64,000 bases of DNA from Nitrospinaceae bacterium (GTDB taxonomy: Bacteria; Nitrospinota; Nitrospinia; Nitrospinales; Nitrospinaceae). Made by a program: the position numbers and the translations under genes. Each line of letters opens with the position of its first letter. Positions within the stretch are counted from its first letter, which is position 1. The notes under the pieces are model-generated. The model did not search any database and was not told the DNA's origin. It saw only the letters and a program-made list of their open reading frames with translations. This document shows positions 20,082-31,372 of this stretch, in pieces. The stretch is taken from contig OZ245011.1 in assembly GCA_965223665.1 (NCBI GenBank), positions 2,112,001 to 2,176,000 on the forward strand, in the 5' to 3' direction.

Positions 20082-23021
20082 TTAAGAAACTATCGCTCTA
20101 TCTTGAACGCGCAACCAATTCGTCCCATCACTGAATGCTACGGTTGCTCCACCCGTTTCATCCGAAACATAAATAAGCCCCGAAGTGGTAGAGGCTGAAG
20201 GTAATGTGGCCACGGTATACTCGGGCAAATCGACATACTGCGAGGAGTAAGAGGTTCCTATTATTCCTCGATCGGTTACCCGTCGCCAATTGGTCCCGTC
20301 GCTGAATGCCACAGTTGCCCCTCCGACATCGTCAGAAACATGGATATAACGTCCAGCTGTTTTGGACATCGCATTCGCGCTGGATACTGTATGAACCGGC
20401 ATGGTTAGGTATTGATCCTGATTGGGTTCATTAATGACAGGAACTGTTTTTCGGCCTCCATCAGTTTGAGAAAAGGCAATGGCTCCCTTACCACCATCGG
20501 CGTCATCGAGAAACCAGCACATGCCCTCCATTAGAGATGCCCACGGAAGGACCGAATCTGTAGTGGTTTCATCATTATGGGTTCTGGTTTTCCAAAATAA
20601 ATGAGTTAAACCATAAAACGTTCGTCTTGCCTCGGTATTGGATTCATTTGTGATTCCCAGCCCATTGCCCCAATGAAGTTTTCCGCGGTTAGAATCCACC
20701 GAACCTTCATTATGTCGCATCCCAAAAATACCTACATTTGCGCAAGTTTGAAAATCGACATAACAACTGCTGTCTTCTGCAACGTAACCATAAATCATGT
20801 TATTAATATTAACCTGGTTTGATTCCGGGCCGAATTTACTTTTTATATAAATCCCTGTATCACGGGTGAATGCATAATTGATATCTTCGTCTCCTGAAAC
20901 GGTAATAACCGTTTCGGGTGTAATGCTTCCGGAAACCACCGTAAAGTTACAGGAACCCGATCCAACACTGGTCAATTGAACTCTGACATTCGCGTTCAAA
21001 CCCAAATTAATTGTAAGGTGATCGCCCACTCCCAATTGAGTTGTGTCAAAGTCGGCTCCATTGGAATCAATGCTGGAAGCATTTACATCCACAGAAGTGG
21101 GTTCAGCTAAAAACAAAGGATTGGCCGGTGAGGACCCTGAGATAATACCTTCCGTCATGTGGTCGGCAGAATACCCAATGATTTGAAGAGTGTCGGCCTG
21201 ATGAACCACAATCCCTAAATGGCCCCATCGACTGGTGCAACCAATTAACCGGTGCCGGGTCGAACCTTTGTGCCGGCTGGGATCGGTGCTTCCCCAACTT
21301 GGATCATAAAAGAAAAATCCAACAGCAACCTCAATGGTTTTCACGTTTTCAATGTAATCCCAATAACTTCCCTCGGTGGTTCCCGCGACCACTACACCCA
21401 CGCTGGCATTAACAACCAGGATGTCTCTCAGAGTGTTGTGCACTCCATAGCTTGTAGAATTTTCACCGGATACTGTTAAGCTGTTCCAGGCTATGGTTTC
21501 ATTAGCCGCTACATTTGCTACCGTGAGGGTTCTACGATCTGAAGAAAGAGCCGTCGAAACATAAGCGAGATCATTCGTTCCACCAGCAGTCCCGGAAATA
21601 TCGTAAGTGTCTCCAATTTCTCCTAACCAATAACTTCCGGAAGGCAGGGTGATAGTATTTGCCGTGCTGTCAAAAGTGACATTCGGGTTTTGCCCCGGAG
21701 TAATCGCGGCGGGCCAGAAATCTCCATTGGTTTGAAGGCTGGGAGGAACCAGACCCACACCAATCATATTTTTTGCATAATCCCGTCGATCGGTTTCCAT
21801 ATCAATCCCAATTCCCTGAACCGTCGTCTGGGCGGTGTTGATCCGAATCATCATCATATCCGAGGTCGGGTCTTTGGGTTTTAATATCGTATTGTGTTCT
21901 CCACCTCCCACAATACGAACAAATTTACTGGTGACTTGGGCAATGGTTTCAAAATTCATTTCATCTACATGAATCCCAACCTTTAAGATAGTACCGTTTG
22001 CATCCGGCCACTTATCGATCCAGGTCACCCCATCCAGATAATAGGTTCCGGGTGGTATGTAAACCACGCCGCCGGTTAACATACAGTCATTGATCGCCTG
22101 CTGAATTCCAACTGTAGCATCATGTGCTGGGTTATTAATTTGGACATTATAGGGAGCTTCCGTCACGTTATAGAACTGAGCGCCCAAACTTCCACCGCCT
22201 CCCCCGCCGCTGGCGTTGATGGTGATGTCGTCCGCATTATTATCGATGGTGACGTTACTCCCTCCGATGATGCTTTTAATCGGCGTGTCCGATCCGACTT
22301 TGGACTTCACCAGCCCGGCACCTGACCCGCTATTGGAGTTTGTGTTGATCTCAGCGGTCGTATTGACCGTCACCTCGCTGGTGTCGTCACTGACGTTGAT
22401 CAGGTTACCGCCCTGAATGGTTTTCATCTCAAAATCGACACCCGATTTTTGTTTAAAGACCTGACCCGTTCCGGTTCCCACATTGGACATGGTGTTTTGC
22501 TCTCCCACCTCAACATCACTCGCCACAGCAGGATCTCCGTTCGAATCAAACATGAGAAACTTATCCGCACGCAGCGTTTTTGTCGGAAGCTCGGTATTGG
22601 AACTTCCATCGGACACCGGTATCGTGACGGAACGTCCTGCTTTTTCAAAAGCGCGTCGTGCCAGTTGTGTGTTTTTGTCCAATGCGTTTTCGACGACCTG
22701 CGGATTGAAACCGCCACCGATGGTCAGGTCTTCCTGCTGAGTGAACGGCGGTTGATAAATGAGGTTCAACTTTTCGCCGCTGGGTAAAGGCGATCCTATG
22801 ACGGGATAGGTGAGAGTGCCTCCGGGATTCTGATCCTGGTCGGGATTCAACGTCAGCGAAAAATCCGAATCCAGCACTAACGTGTCATCATCGATACCCG
22901 CCGCGTTGGTATGAATGACCTGCGCTTTGGTTTTATCGACAATTTTTGTGGTGATGGGCCAGGACGTGGTAACCCCGTTGCCTAAAAAAGGACCGTCCTT
23001 AATATTCTCATTGGTGATCAT
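20082..23021 (-). CDS. Phage tail fibre/tailspike
   Basis: N-terminal adaptor (GPFLGNGVTTSWP...QQEDL..GGGF.P...E.ALDK); beta-helix entry DATVGIQQAIN..GGVVYIPPGTY; C-terminal SDxxGGATVAFSDGTNW repeats; start set at ATG 23021. Confidence 0.85.
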   Translation of the reverse strand: MITNENIKDGPFLGNGVTTSWPITTKIVDKTKAQVIHTNAAGIDDDTLVLDSDFSLTLNPDQDQNPGGTLTYPVIGSPLPSGEKLNLIYQPPFTQQEDLTIGGGFNPQVVENALDKNTQLARRAFEKAGRSVTIPVSDGSSNTELPTKTLRADKFLMFDSNGDPAVASDVEVGEQNTMSNVGTGTGQVFKQKSGVDFEMKTIQGGNLINVSDDTSEVTVNTTAEINTNSNSGSGAGLVKSKVGSDTPIKSIIGGSNVTIDNNADDITINASGGGGGGSLGAQFYNVTEAPYNVQINNPAHDATVGIQQAINDCMLTGGVVYIPPGTYYLDGVTWIDKWPDANGTILKVGIHVDEMNFETIAQVTSKFVRIVGGGEHNTILKPKDPTSDMMMIRINTAQTTVQGIGIDMETDRRDYAKNMIGVGLVPPSLQTNGDFWPAAITPGQNPNVTFDSTANTITLPSGSYWLGEIGDTYDISGTAGGTNDLAYVSTALSSDRRTLTVANVAANETIAWNSLTVSGENSTSYGVHNTLRDILVVNASVGVVVAGTTEGSYWDYIENVKTIEVAVGFFFYDPSWGSTDPSRHKGSTRHRLIGCTSRWGHLGIVVHQADTLQIIGYSADHMTEGIISGSSPANPLFLAEPTSVDVNASSIDSNGADFDTTQLGVGDHLTINLGLNANVRVQLTSVGSGSCNFTVVSGSITPETVITVSGDEDINYAFTRDTGIYIKSKFGPESNQVNINNMIYGYVAEDSSCYVDFQTCANVGIFGMRHNEGSVDSNRGKLHWGNGLGITNESNTEARRTFYGLTHLFWKTRTHNDETTTDSVLPWASLMEGMCWFLDDADGGKGAIAFSQTDGGRKTVPVINEPNQDQYLTMPVHTVSSANAMSKTAGRYIHVSDDVGGATVAFSDGTNWRRVTDRGIIGTSYSSQYVDLPEYTVATLPSASTTSGLIYVSDETGGATVAFSDGTNWLRVQDRAIVS

Positions 23022-23037
23022 GTTCGACTCCACAAAC

Positions 23038-23162
23038 AAAAAAGCCCCGCTGCCACAGGTCCCTCCTGTGGAGCCGGGCGTCGCGTTTGCGGTGGTCCCA
23101 ACCAAGGCAATTATTTAGTTTTCATTCCTTATTATTATACCAAGTCCGGCCCCATTCGTCTG
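23038..23162 (-). promoter_or_regulatory. Promoter plus conserved attenuator-like leader, copy 1
   Basis: CAGACG-N17-TATAAT (extended TG), then GGGACCAC-CGC/GCG hairpin-GCCCGG..CGGGGC-T6. Confidence 0.7.
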
Positions 23163-23262
23163 CATAAATATTGTTCCACACTCAATTTTTCCAACCTGCG
23201 ATTGGGAGAGGAGAAACACATCAACTATCCTTTCACATATAATTTTGATACAATCGGTAGTT

Positions 23263-23742
23263 ATGAAACGAATCTTGTTTACATTGTTAATGGCTGTGGT
23301 TCTGTGGGGTGGGATTGCGGTGGAAGGTGTTCTGGCCGCGGATCGGAATTATATGGTGGAAAATTGCGAGCGGTCGGTCGCCTGGCCGGAGATATTACGG
23401 ATTATCCGTTGGCACGCTCCTGAGCTCAAAGAATTCATTGAAAAAAATGTCAAGCCGACGCAAGAGAATCCTAAACTCACTGAAGAGGATCATAAGCAAG
23501 TCGAACAATTTGACAAAAACATTCAGTGGTACGTCTCCGAGTGCATTCTCTTGATGAAAGAGATCAATGTTTTGGTGAAAGCCGTGCATGATATAGACCC
23601 CGAGGAAACTTTTATAATTGGTTTTAACATTAAAAGGTCTTTAGTAATGTTAGATATTCCCTTTATTTACCATTACAATAAGAAATATGATTTCGTATTT
23701 TCCGTTAATTTTGCGCCGTTAACACCGGATAAAACTTTCTAA
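23263..23742 (+). CDS. ~160-aa exported protein family, copy 1 (putative immunity protein)
   Basis: Signal peptide, AADRNYxxENC, WYxSECxLLMKEIN; 38-nt convergent overlap with 23705. Confidence 0.85.
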   Translation: MKRILFTLLMAVVLWGGIAVEGVLAADRNYMVENCERSVAWPEILRIIRWHAPELKEFIEKNVKPTQENPKLTEEDHKQVEQFDKNIQWYVSECILLMKEINVLVKAVHDIDPEETFIIGFNIKRSLVMLDIPFIYHYNKKYDFVFSVNFAPLTPDKTF

Positions 23743-26700
23743 CAAAAACCATAACTTCTTTGGGCAAATATTTAATTACTTCAACAAAATGATCTTCTAA
23801 ACCCATTTTGTTATTATTAAATGCCGCTTTCCTTTGAGCTTTTTCAATTGCTTCTGGTTTAGAAACATAAGCAGCTAGAGCAAATAACAACGGATTCTTT
23901 GTGTCCTTGAACTGTGGCATTATATTTTTAAACAACCACCACATCCCAGCCTGAATGTTGGTTTCCTGATCCGTCAGGATTTTTTCCGGAGTCCAACCCA
24001 GTTTTTTATTCTCCTCATTCTCCGCAATCAACTTAGCGGTGGCCCGTGTAATTCCCATCGGGCCCATCCGCTTTGCTTCCGGTTTATCATTCGGATCGGT
24101 TGGGAACCCATTCTTCACCATGATGTTCATCACCTGCGCCATCTGATCGGTAGACATCGACACCGACTCCTGAAACCGCTCGGCAATTTGTAACACACTC
24201 GCCTGCCGCGCCTGCTCCGTCGAAAAGTCCAAAGGCGTCGCCTCGGCTATTTGCCCCGATTCAGTTCTCTGCTGATCCTGCCGCTTGCGCCGGATCAACG
24301 CATCGATCAATCGTTCCATATGAGGCTGAATCTTTTTATTAAACTTTTTCACGAGTCCTTCTTTATTTTTTTCCAACTCCTCCAGAGAAAATTCAGCATC
24401 CACCCGTTCGAGCACCCGAGTCACATTCTCCGGTTTGACGCCCGGCGCATACAGCATGGAATCCCCAATCTGATAATCCATCGCCAACCGCGGATTATTT
24501 TTCCACAGTTCCCGCATGTCTTCTGCATTGAGTCGTGTGAGTCCTGCAGCAAAACTATTTGAGGAAGCTTGTTCCACTTTGGGGTTTTGAATCGATTCTT
24601 GATCCGCCAGCATTTCCTCATTAAAACCCTTATGAATTTTTTCTCGGACTTTCTCGTTATAAAACCCGGGTTCTCTTAAATTTTTATAGATAAGTTCATG
24701 ATTCGCTTGCGCATTTTTATGCGACCCCGGTCGGCGCATGTTGACCAGCACCTCTGCCATTTGAGTCCACCCCGGGTCCTTTCCGGTTTCCCTTAAGATT
24801 TTACCGATAATGTCGAATGTCGTTTGCGGTAACCCGATCAGTTGATCTAAAGTAATTGTATAGAATTTGGATGCATCTTCATCTTTCTTAGTCGGATTAT
24901 GCAACGCCGTGGGAAGCCCAACCAAAACATAAATTTCTTTCGGATCTTTCCCTTCCAGATCATCCGCCGAAACCCATTTGCCTCGGTAATGGAGCTTATC
25001 TTTCATCCGACCTCGGATCAGGGAGTTTTCTATTTTCGGACTCGGTGTGGTTCCCTTGAACAATTTAAATTTCAGGATATCTTTGTTATATGCCGATACC
25101 ATGGTATTCAGACTTTTATCATTTATTTTGAGGTTTTCATTTTTCCTGAGAGCTTTAAACTTTTCCAGGTTTTGTAATTGAGCTTCCTCCAGGGGCGGCG
25201 TGTCTAAAGGAACCACGATGCCGGGACCGGAGGAAGAAGAGGAAGAGGAAACAGAGGGACGTTTTCGAGGATCCGGTGTTTGAGCGGCCAGGATACTTCT
25301 GTCCCACAATATCTCCCGTTGGGGCGTGTTTGCTTTAACTCCAATATCGGCAATTTCTTCGCCAGTTAACCTTCTTCCCAACTCCTTTTCCTTTTTCATG
25401 ATATCTTCAATGACCGCAAACACATAGAAATCCTGGTAATCCGCTTCAATCTCTTCCGACTTTATCTGCTGCAAAATGGTAGACACTTCCTCTTTTTCTT
25501 GTTCATACGAGGCACGGAGTTCGTCGATATTAGGAACCTCTTCTGTCTTTGATAGTTTTTCTGCTTTATAAAGGTCGTTGGCCGCTTTTCCAAAACGTGA
25601 TAAAAAAGTGACAATGGAAGGAGGGGCCCCGCGTTCCTCTAAATGGAAATTCGTGTTGGCCAGCCTTTCAAAGCCCAAAGGGTTGGAGGAAACCGCTCCT
25701 CTCAGAAGATCCGCCCAACTTTTGCTGCGATTAAGTTCGATTAAACCGCCGGTGAGGTCTTCTTCCGACGGTTCCCTCGAAGCAAATGGGGAAAACGAAC
25801 CATCGTCCACCGTTAATTTAAATTGACCTTCCTGAGAAGATTCCTCCCCAAACCGATAGCCCGCTCTATCCTCCCATCTTTGGATTAACAATTCCTGTGT
25901 TTTACTGTCCAGAGCCAGCCATTGATCCAGTTTGGTAATTTCCGGTAATGGCACTGGAGTTTCCCCCTTATCAATGAATTGCCGGATATAAACAGAATTT
26001 TCATATTGCGTTTCCATTTTTTTCAGGGTTTCTTCTCGATCTTTATAGGCCATAAAACTTTGCGCCGCTTGCCGTATGTTAGTATTCGGCTCATCGGTCA
26101 ATGCCCGAATTTGCAAATCTTTCGGCAACGAAAAAATCTCGTTGGCCAACGCCTCCCCCGCTTCCAATTCATATTGTCGTTCGATCCTTGCTTCTAATAC
26201 CGCAGTGTCCGTTTCCCCAAACTCCTTTTGATGTGTCGTGAAATACTCCCGTGCCTCCCTGGCATGGCCGGTCTTTAACAGACGATCGATCACCGTCAGG
26301 TTCACCGTACTTAACACATGCTGCCATTCCCGGTTTTCACGTTCCTCCGTCCAACCGAGCAGTCCGGCAAAATGTTCCACCGACAAAAACTCATCGTTTC
26401 AATCTGCTCCTCACCCAACCGGGCCACCAGGGGAGCTACCGCTTCCGATCCCTTACCGGGAATGACTGTGGGATTGCTCTTTAAGTTATCTAAAATTTTC
26501 TGAAACTTTTCTTGGGCCGAGAAACTATATTCATTGTTACTGTCCGGAAAGACTTTTAAAATCATCGGATCGGTTTTTCGTCGCAACTTGAGCGAATCCA
26601 GTCGCGGCATTTTCAGGTGCTGTTCCATAATATTGCGGAGGGTGATGGGTTGATCCATTTCCCGCAATTGTTTTCCGAAATGCCAGAGGCGCGGGCCATG

Positions 26701-26837
26701 AGACTTCCTTCCTGTTTTAAACTTTCTACCGTTTCGTTTTCTGTGTTGGCTTTCAGGGTGGATTCATCCACCGGATTGTCCTGCGATAGCTTGGCACTGT
26801 TTTGACCGGTTTGTTGTTTTCTTATTTTTATTCCCAT
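23705..26837 (-). pseudogene. Internal virion (ejection)-like protein with SLT-like C-terminus; 5' part split by two frameshifts
   Basis: ORFs 26613-26837 (MGIKIRKQ, like the start at 52280), 26311-26667 and 23705-26386 (similar to the 44393 protein); tip GPMGIT..NIQAG.WWL..ALAAY. The 893-aa part may still be expressed. Confidence 0.65.
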
Positions 26838-27139
26838 AAGGTTTCAGTTCTCAATTGGTTTTTGGTTTGAAAATATGAAGAGATTGGGAGTTTTCTTCCC
26901 TGAAGAATGGTGTAAAATCCGATTGGATCCCTTATTTTTTTGCTGGAGGTCAATTACCCCGGCCCGGCCCCTGGCCGGCGGAACCATAATATTCGGGACT
27001 CTCTTTTTACCGGAAAAATTTCCCGTTTCAAATGGCCTATATATATAATGAACAAACTCGTGATTTTTTTCTGGTTTAGCGGCAAATTGAGTCGTTTTCT
27101 GCCTCTTTCCGACGCCAAATTCGGGTAAAAAATCGAGTT

Positions 27140-27631
27140 TTAAGCTGATTTTTCCAGGAAGAGATGCTCTGCACCAGAAGCTGGGATTTCTTTTGTGGTT
27201 ATATACCCCTTCGTGGCGTACCCCAGTTTCTCGTAAATTCCCAGGGTACGCTTCGCTTCCACTTCGGTACTGATTCCCAATGTGATGACGCGTGCCCCGT
27301 TGTCTTCGGCCCACTGTTCAAATACTTTGATCAGTCGAACGCCCAGCGATCCGCCGCGGTGCTCCGGCACAACGTACACTGCCAAATCGGAGGCCATCAA
27401 ATCGTATCCGAAATAATGTTCGGTTATAAAACCAATCATCATCCCCACCGCTTCACCTTCCTTTTCAGCAATAAAGATACTGCCGGAGGGAATCAAAGCT
27501 TCTCCCAACTGTCTGCACTTGTCCTCACTGAAATCCATCATGCGAAAACGCGGACTTTCCTGATGCATGCGTTTGCCCATTTCCATGAGCATCGGAATGT
27601 CGTCCAACGTCGCCTGCCGTATATTAGCCAC
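27140..27631 (-). CDS. GNAT acetyltransferase of the phage structural module
   Basis: IRQATLDDIP, YVVPEHRGG, YEKLGY; GTG start overlaps the tail tubular B stop. Confidence 0.85.
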   Translation of the reverse strand: MANIRQATLDDIPMLMEMGKRMHQESPRFRMMDFSEDKCRQLGEALIPSGSIFIAEKEGEAVGMMIGFITEHYFGYDLMASDLAVYVVPEHRGGSLGVRLIKVFEQWAEDNGARVITLGISTEVEAKRTLGIYEKLGYATKGYITTKEIPASGAEHLFLEKSA

Positions 27632-30404
27632 CGAGTTGTACCTCCAAAGCCATTGATAAAATTGTGGTCGGCACCGGGTCGCGTTGGCGAATGAACGTTT
27701 GCCCCGCGCGATTCCATCCCGGGGTGAGCGCCACTTCAATTTCACTGGTAATCATTTCCGTGGGAAAGCCGTAAGGTTCGGTGGTTCGCTGAATGTAAGG
27801 AGACAGGTGATCGAAGTCCGGCCCCACTAAAAGTCCACGACTGTCTTTCACACGAAAGTACGCATGCGTGACCGATTTCATAAACCCCTGACCAAACGCT
27901 TCGATTTGCATCGCCATCGGCAACGTCACCAGATCTGCTTCAATAGGCAGTCCCACATGCACACGGCCACCGGGTAAATTAAACTGTACCTCACCGTCCG
28001 TCACCACTTCCTGCGAATCGACGCGACCGTCAGAAAAAATCGATACCGTTTGCCCCTCTAAATGATGCAGGTTGTTCACTTTCGATATCTTCTTTCGCAC
28101 CACGCCACCTTCTTCGTAAACATTGTATCCGGTTCCATCCACATCTTCCGGAGTGGTCACCGGCGTTTGCAGTTCAAAGCTGTTCGCATCTGAGTTGTTG
28201 ATCTTAAAGGTATGTCCGTTGAGTTCAGTCATTCCTTCAACATTGGCGATGATCACTTCGTCCCCGTCATTGAATCCATGACTGTTGGCGGTGATCACTA
28301 TGGGATTAGCCTTTGTGGCACCGCTGATGGGTTTGGGATCATCGTAAGTCAACCCGCTGTCCACAAAGAATGCGTCTTCCACTTCGTAAAATCGTCGCGA
28401 ATGCAACCGCTCGATGTAACGACGCTCGACACCGTTAATGGTACGTTTCACCAGACAGTACAACATGTTCTCGCCATTGTTCTCAGGAACTACGGCGGTC
28501 GACTCGAATGCACCTTCTAAAGTGTCGTGGCGGTGCCAGCCGAGAATGATCGGCTGTTGGTCCGGCAAGTAAGTACAGCCCAACAACTTGCCATCGGACC
28601 GCACACACCATACGGTCGAATTGGGATAACGCGAGTAATCCCAATCGAGAACCTTAAACCCGTCGATCAAATGCGGCGCGACCAGTGAAATGTCATCCGG
28701 TTTATACTTGTCCCGTTCAAAGGAGAAGTTAAACGTGTGCACATGATTCCCCTTGTCGGCAATGAACAAAGTGGAATCCCCTACCACCAATGGACGCACG
28801 TCGGCACTGCCAATGTGACTTTGCACCTTGATATTGACGGTGGTGGGAGTGAGCGCGTCTGAGTTTCCAGTGGAAAGTCGCCACTCGTTATTATTGGTGA
28901 AGACCATGAGATCGTTGAGTGAGACCAGGTGACGCACGCTGTTGTGTTGGCGAGATTTCAAACGCACCGTAATCGCGTTGTCGTCCTGCGAAGGAATCGA
29001 TTTGGTTAAATTGGATTCGGTTCCCGAGCGCGTCATCCAGATTGCCTGAGGTAAATCATTGGATGAAGCCAAACAACGGCGCTGGTCGTGATACGCTACG
29101 GTTCCCGGGTAATGGTTCGCCGCATAAAAGGGATCCGGATCAAACGGCGGCGTTTGCAAAACATCCGGTGTGATATTGTCATCAACAAATTCTAAATCGG
29201 AGGTTTGTCCGATGTACCCGTACAAACCTTTTTCCAGTTTGTAAACATTGTAACGGATAGCATTAGTTACCGGCTCCCAACCAATGGTATTATTAGCGCC
29301 ACTTTTTGATAAATCGTTTATGCAAACAGCTTCGCTGACAAATCCTCCAGATACATAGTTGGTGAAATTGGAAGAATCAGTTCCCGACAACTCAAAGGTA
29401 TCAGTATTCGGATTCAAAACGTCGTAAAATTGCCCGTTAATCCCTGAGGTCCCATTCAGTCCTGTCATTCCCTCTACTTCAGTAATTCGAATACGATCAC
29501 CATTGGAGAAAGTATGACCAACTGCTGTAACTAATAAGGGACTACTTCCACTTTTAGTAATGGTTCCGATTGCAATTCCTCTTGCAGGTAGGGATTCCTC
29601 CTGAATATCCTCGTCGATTGCTGTGACCTGATAATCGTAATCAATACTATCTCCTCCACCGGCCCCAACATCTGCAACCGAAGCGACGGTGATTGGTGGC
29701 TCAATCGATGGCTTCCAATCGATGATATTGAATGCCCAGTTGGTGGCGCCCATGCGGCGCAGTTCCCGGGGAGCGTAGGATTTATGAGTGATGGTGACTA
29801 CGTCAGCGCTTTGTTCGAATTTGAGTTGAAATAAATCCGCGGCAGGGTAAGGCGTGGCTAAGGTATACACACAAGCCGAGGTTCCCCCCGAAGTGTAGGG
29901 AGTATAACTCAGGCCATTAATATTGTTGCCTTGTAGATCGGTGAGTTCAAACGTATCGGTGAGTGGATTTTTGATTTTAAAGAACCGGCCGTTGAGTTCA
30001 GTCATTCCACCGACCCCGTTAATAAACACTTCATCGCCTGCCGCATAACCATGCCCGGTAACCGTAACCATTACCGGGTCGGCATTGGTGGCGGCGGTAA
30101 TATTTTGAGCCGTTTCCAATATCGTTGCGCCTTCGGTATGAACGCGCATGTAAAAATCGCCGAACTCCAGAATGTACGCCTGATCTGTATTAAAGATAAA
30201 CGGCAACAAACGCACAGGATTGGGGCCGCCGTCTTTCGCTTCTTTTATAAACTCGAACCCCGAGCGGTTCTCGGCAGGACCGGAAGGTCGTGTGATAAAG
30301 TTTCGACACCTCTCAACTCCAATCTGAAAGTGATGGAGATCGATGCGGCCAAACATTTCAGGAGCCACTTCGGCTCCGCCAAACGAACGTTGATGCGTAC
30401 GCAT
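27624..30404 (-). CDS. Tail tubular protein B (nozzle) with three inserted FCCH-like repeats
   Basis: QRSFGGAEVAPEMFGR, PFIFNTDQAYILEFG, YPGTVAYHDQR, GWHRH, FFVDSGLTY. Confidence 0.9.
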   Translation of the reverse strand: MRTHQRSFGGAEVAPEMFGRIDLHHFQIGVERCRNFITRPSGPAENRSGFEFIKEAKDGGPNPVRLLPFIFNTDQAYILEFGDFYMRVHTEGATILETAQNITAATNADPVMVTVTGHGYAAGDEVFINGVGGMTELNGRFFKIKNPLTDTFELTDLQGNNINGLSYTPYTSGGTSACVYTLATPYPAADLFQLKFEQSADVVTITHKSYAPRELRRMGATNWAFNIIDWKPSIEPPITVASVADVGAGGGDSIDYDYQVTAIDEDIQEESLPARGIAIGTITKSGSSPLLVTAVGHTFSNGDRIRITEVEGMTGLNGTSGINGQFYDVLNPNTDTFELSGTDSSNFTNYVSGGFVSEAVCINDLSKSGANNTIGWEPVTNAIRYNVYKLEKGLYGYIGQTSDLEFVDDNITPDVLQTPPFDPDPFYAANHYPGTVAYHDQRRCLASSNDLPQAIWMTRSGTESNLTKSIPSQDDNAITVRLKSRQHNSVRHLVSLNDLMVFTNNNEWRLSTGNSDALTPTTVNIKVQSHIGSADVRPLVVGDSTLFIADKGNHVHTFNFSFERDKYKPDDISLVAPHLIDGFKVLDWDYSRYPNSTVWCVRSDGKLLGCTYLPDQQPIILGWHRHDTLEGAFESTAVVPENNGENMLYCLVKRTINGVERRYIERLHSRRFYEVEDAFFVDSGLTYDDPKPISGATKANPIVITANSHGFNDGDEVIIANVEGMTELNGHTFKINNSDANSFELQTPVTTPEDVDGTGYNVYEEGGVVRKKISKVNNLHHLEGQTVSIFSDGRVDSQEVVTDGEVQFNLPGGRVHVGLPIEADLVTLPMAMQIEAFGQGFMKSVTHAYFRVKDSRGLLVGPDFDHLSPYIQRTTEPYGFPTEMITSEIEVALTPGWNRAGQTFIRQRDPVPTTILSMALEVQLGG

Positions 30405-30405
30405 G

Positions 30406-31023
30406 TCAAGACCTCCTTGCTAACATCGACGGCGGCATATAGTTTTTCAATCGCTGCTCCGGTTGGCGTGTCGCCTGTTGCGAGTTCGCGTCTTCCATGA
30501 TCGCTTTTGGCAAAGCCACCGCTTCGTAACGTTCCAGCGCCATCTGCGCGATCTGCGGTTTGCGGGTGATGGGTCCCGAAAGATACGATGCCAACAACCA
30601 GGATAATGCGGTGACAAACTTCGGACGGAATACTGTGGTGTCTTCGACCAAAGAGGTGAACGTCAGTACCGCCTGGTAGGCGTCGGTTAAAATGACGCGG
30701 CCGTGAATGTCGTCTCCTGCTTCTTTCCATGGGATGGGAATCTCGTTTCCAACTTCATTGACCTCGATTCCTTTAATGTAAAGGTTAGGAATTTTATACC
30801 GGAACAACCAACCGGAGGGCGGGTCGCCGACATCGGCCAACGCCAAAGTGCGCTCGGCGAATCCCCAATGATGCGCCTCCAGCAATTCTTTCAGAGCAAT
30901 CGGGTAAAACCGTGCACAATGTGCCGCTTGGGAGGTTCCGTCGGGAGGACTGATTCCCGTCACCTCGGCCTTATCGCCAAAATGACCTAACGCTAAATTA
31001 CAAATATCCACAACTGAAGGCAT
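30406..31023 (-). CDS. Tail tubular protein A (adaptor)
   Basis: SVVDICNLALGHFG, C.RFYP.A...LLE.H.W.FA, F..ALSW.LA. Confidence 0.88.
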   Translation of the reverse strand: MPSVVDICNLALGHFGDKAEVTGISPPDGTSQAAHCARFYPIALKELLEAHHWGFAERTLALADVGDPPSGWLFRYKIPNLYIKGIEVNEVGNEIPIPWKEAGDDIHGRVILTDAYQAVLTFTSLVEDTTVFRPKFVTALSWLLASYLSGPITRKPQIAQMALERYEAVALPKAIMEDANSQQATRQPEQRLKNYMPPSMLARRS

Positions 31024-31228
31024 AATGGGGTTCCTTTATGAAAAGTGTCTCTTTAACAATGCGAGAGTTCAGATTTTATACGGATACTTCCCGTTGGATG
31101 GATCAATGTTTTCATTCACAGGAAGTGGATGCCTGCTTTTGATTCAAGGGTCGTGGACTGTTTTGTGGTGGGTGAATTAAAAGGATGGATATGCTCTATT
31201 TCTGGAAAATCATTCCAAATCCACACAC

Positions 31229-31351
31229 AAAAAAGCCCCGCTGCCGTAGATAACTTCTACAGAGCCGGGCGTCGCATTGCGGTGGTCCCAGAGAAACCAG
31301 AAATTAGTTTCCATTCCTAATTATTATACCAAGTCAGAACGCATTCGTCTG
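31229..31351 (-). promoter_or_regulatory. Promoter plus conserved attenuator-like leader, copy 2
   Basis: Closely similar to 23038-23162 with a different inner hairpin. Confidence 0.7.
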
Positions 31352-31372
31352 CAAAAAAATTTTAATCACTAA

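Noticed and set aside
20082-23105. Diversity-generating retroelement as in BPP-1
   Set aside because: No reverse transcriptase and no adenine-specific TR/VR pair seen; the fibre C-terminal repeats are in-frame domain duplications
23022-23105. N-terminal extension of the tail fibre ORF
   Set aside because: It runs through the conserved leader/terminator; ATG 23021 with a GGAG RBS fits better
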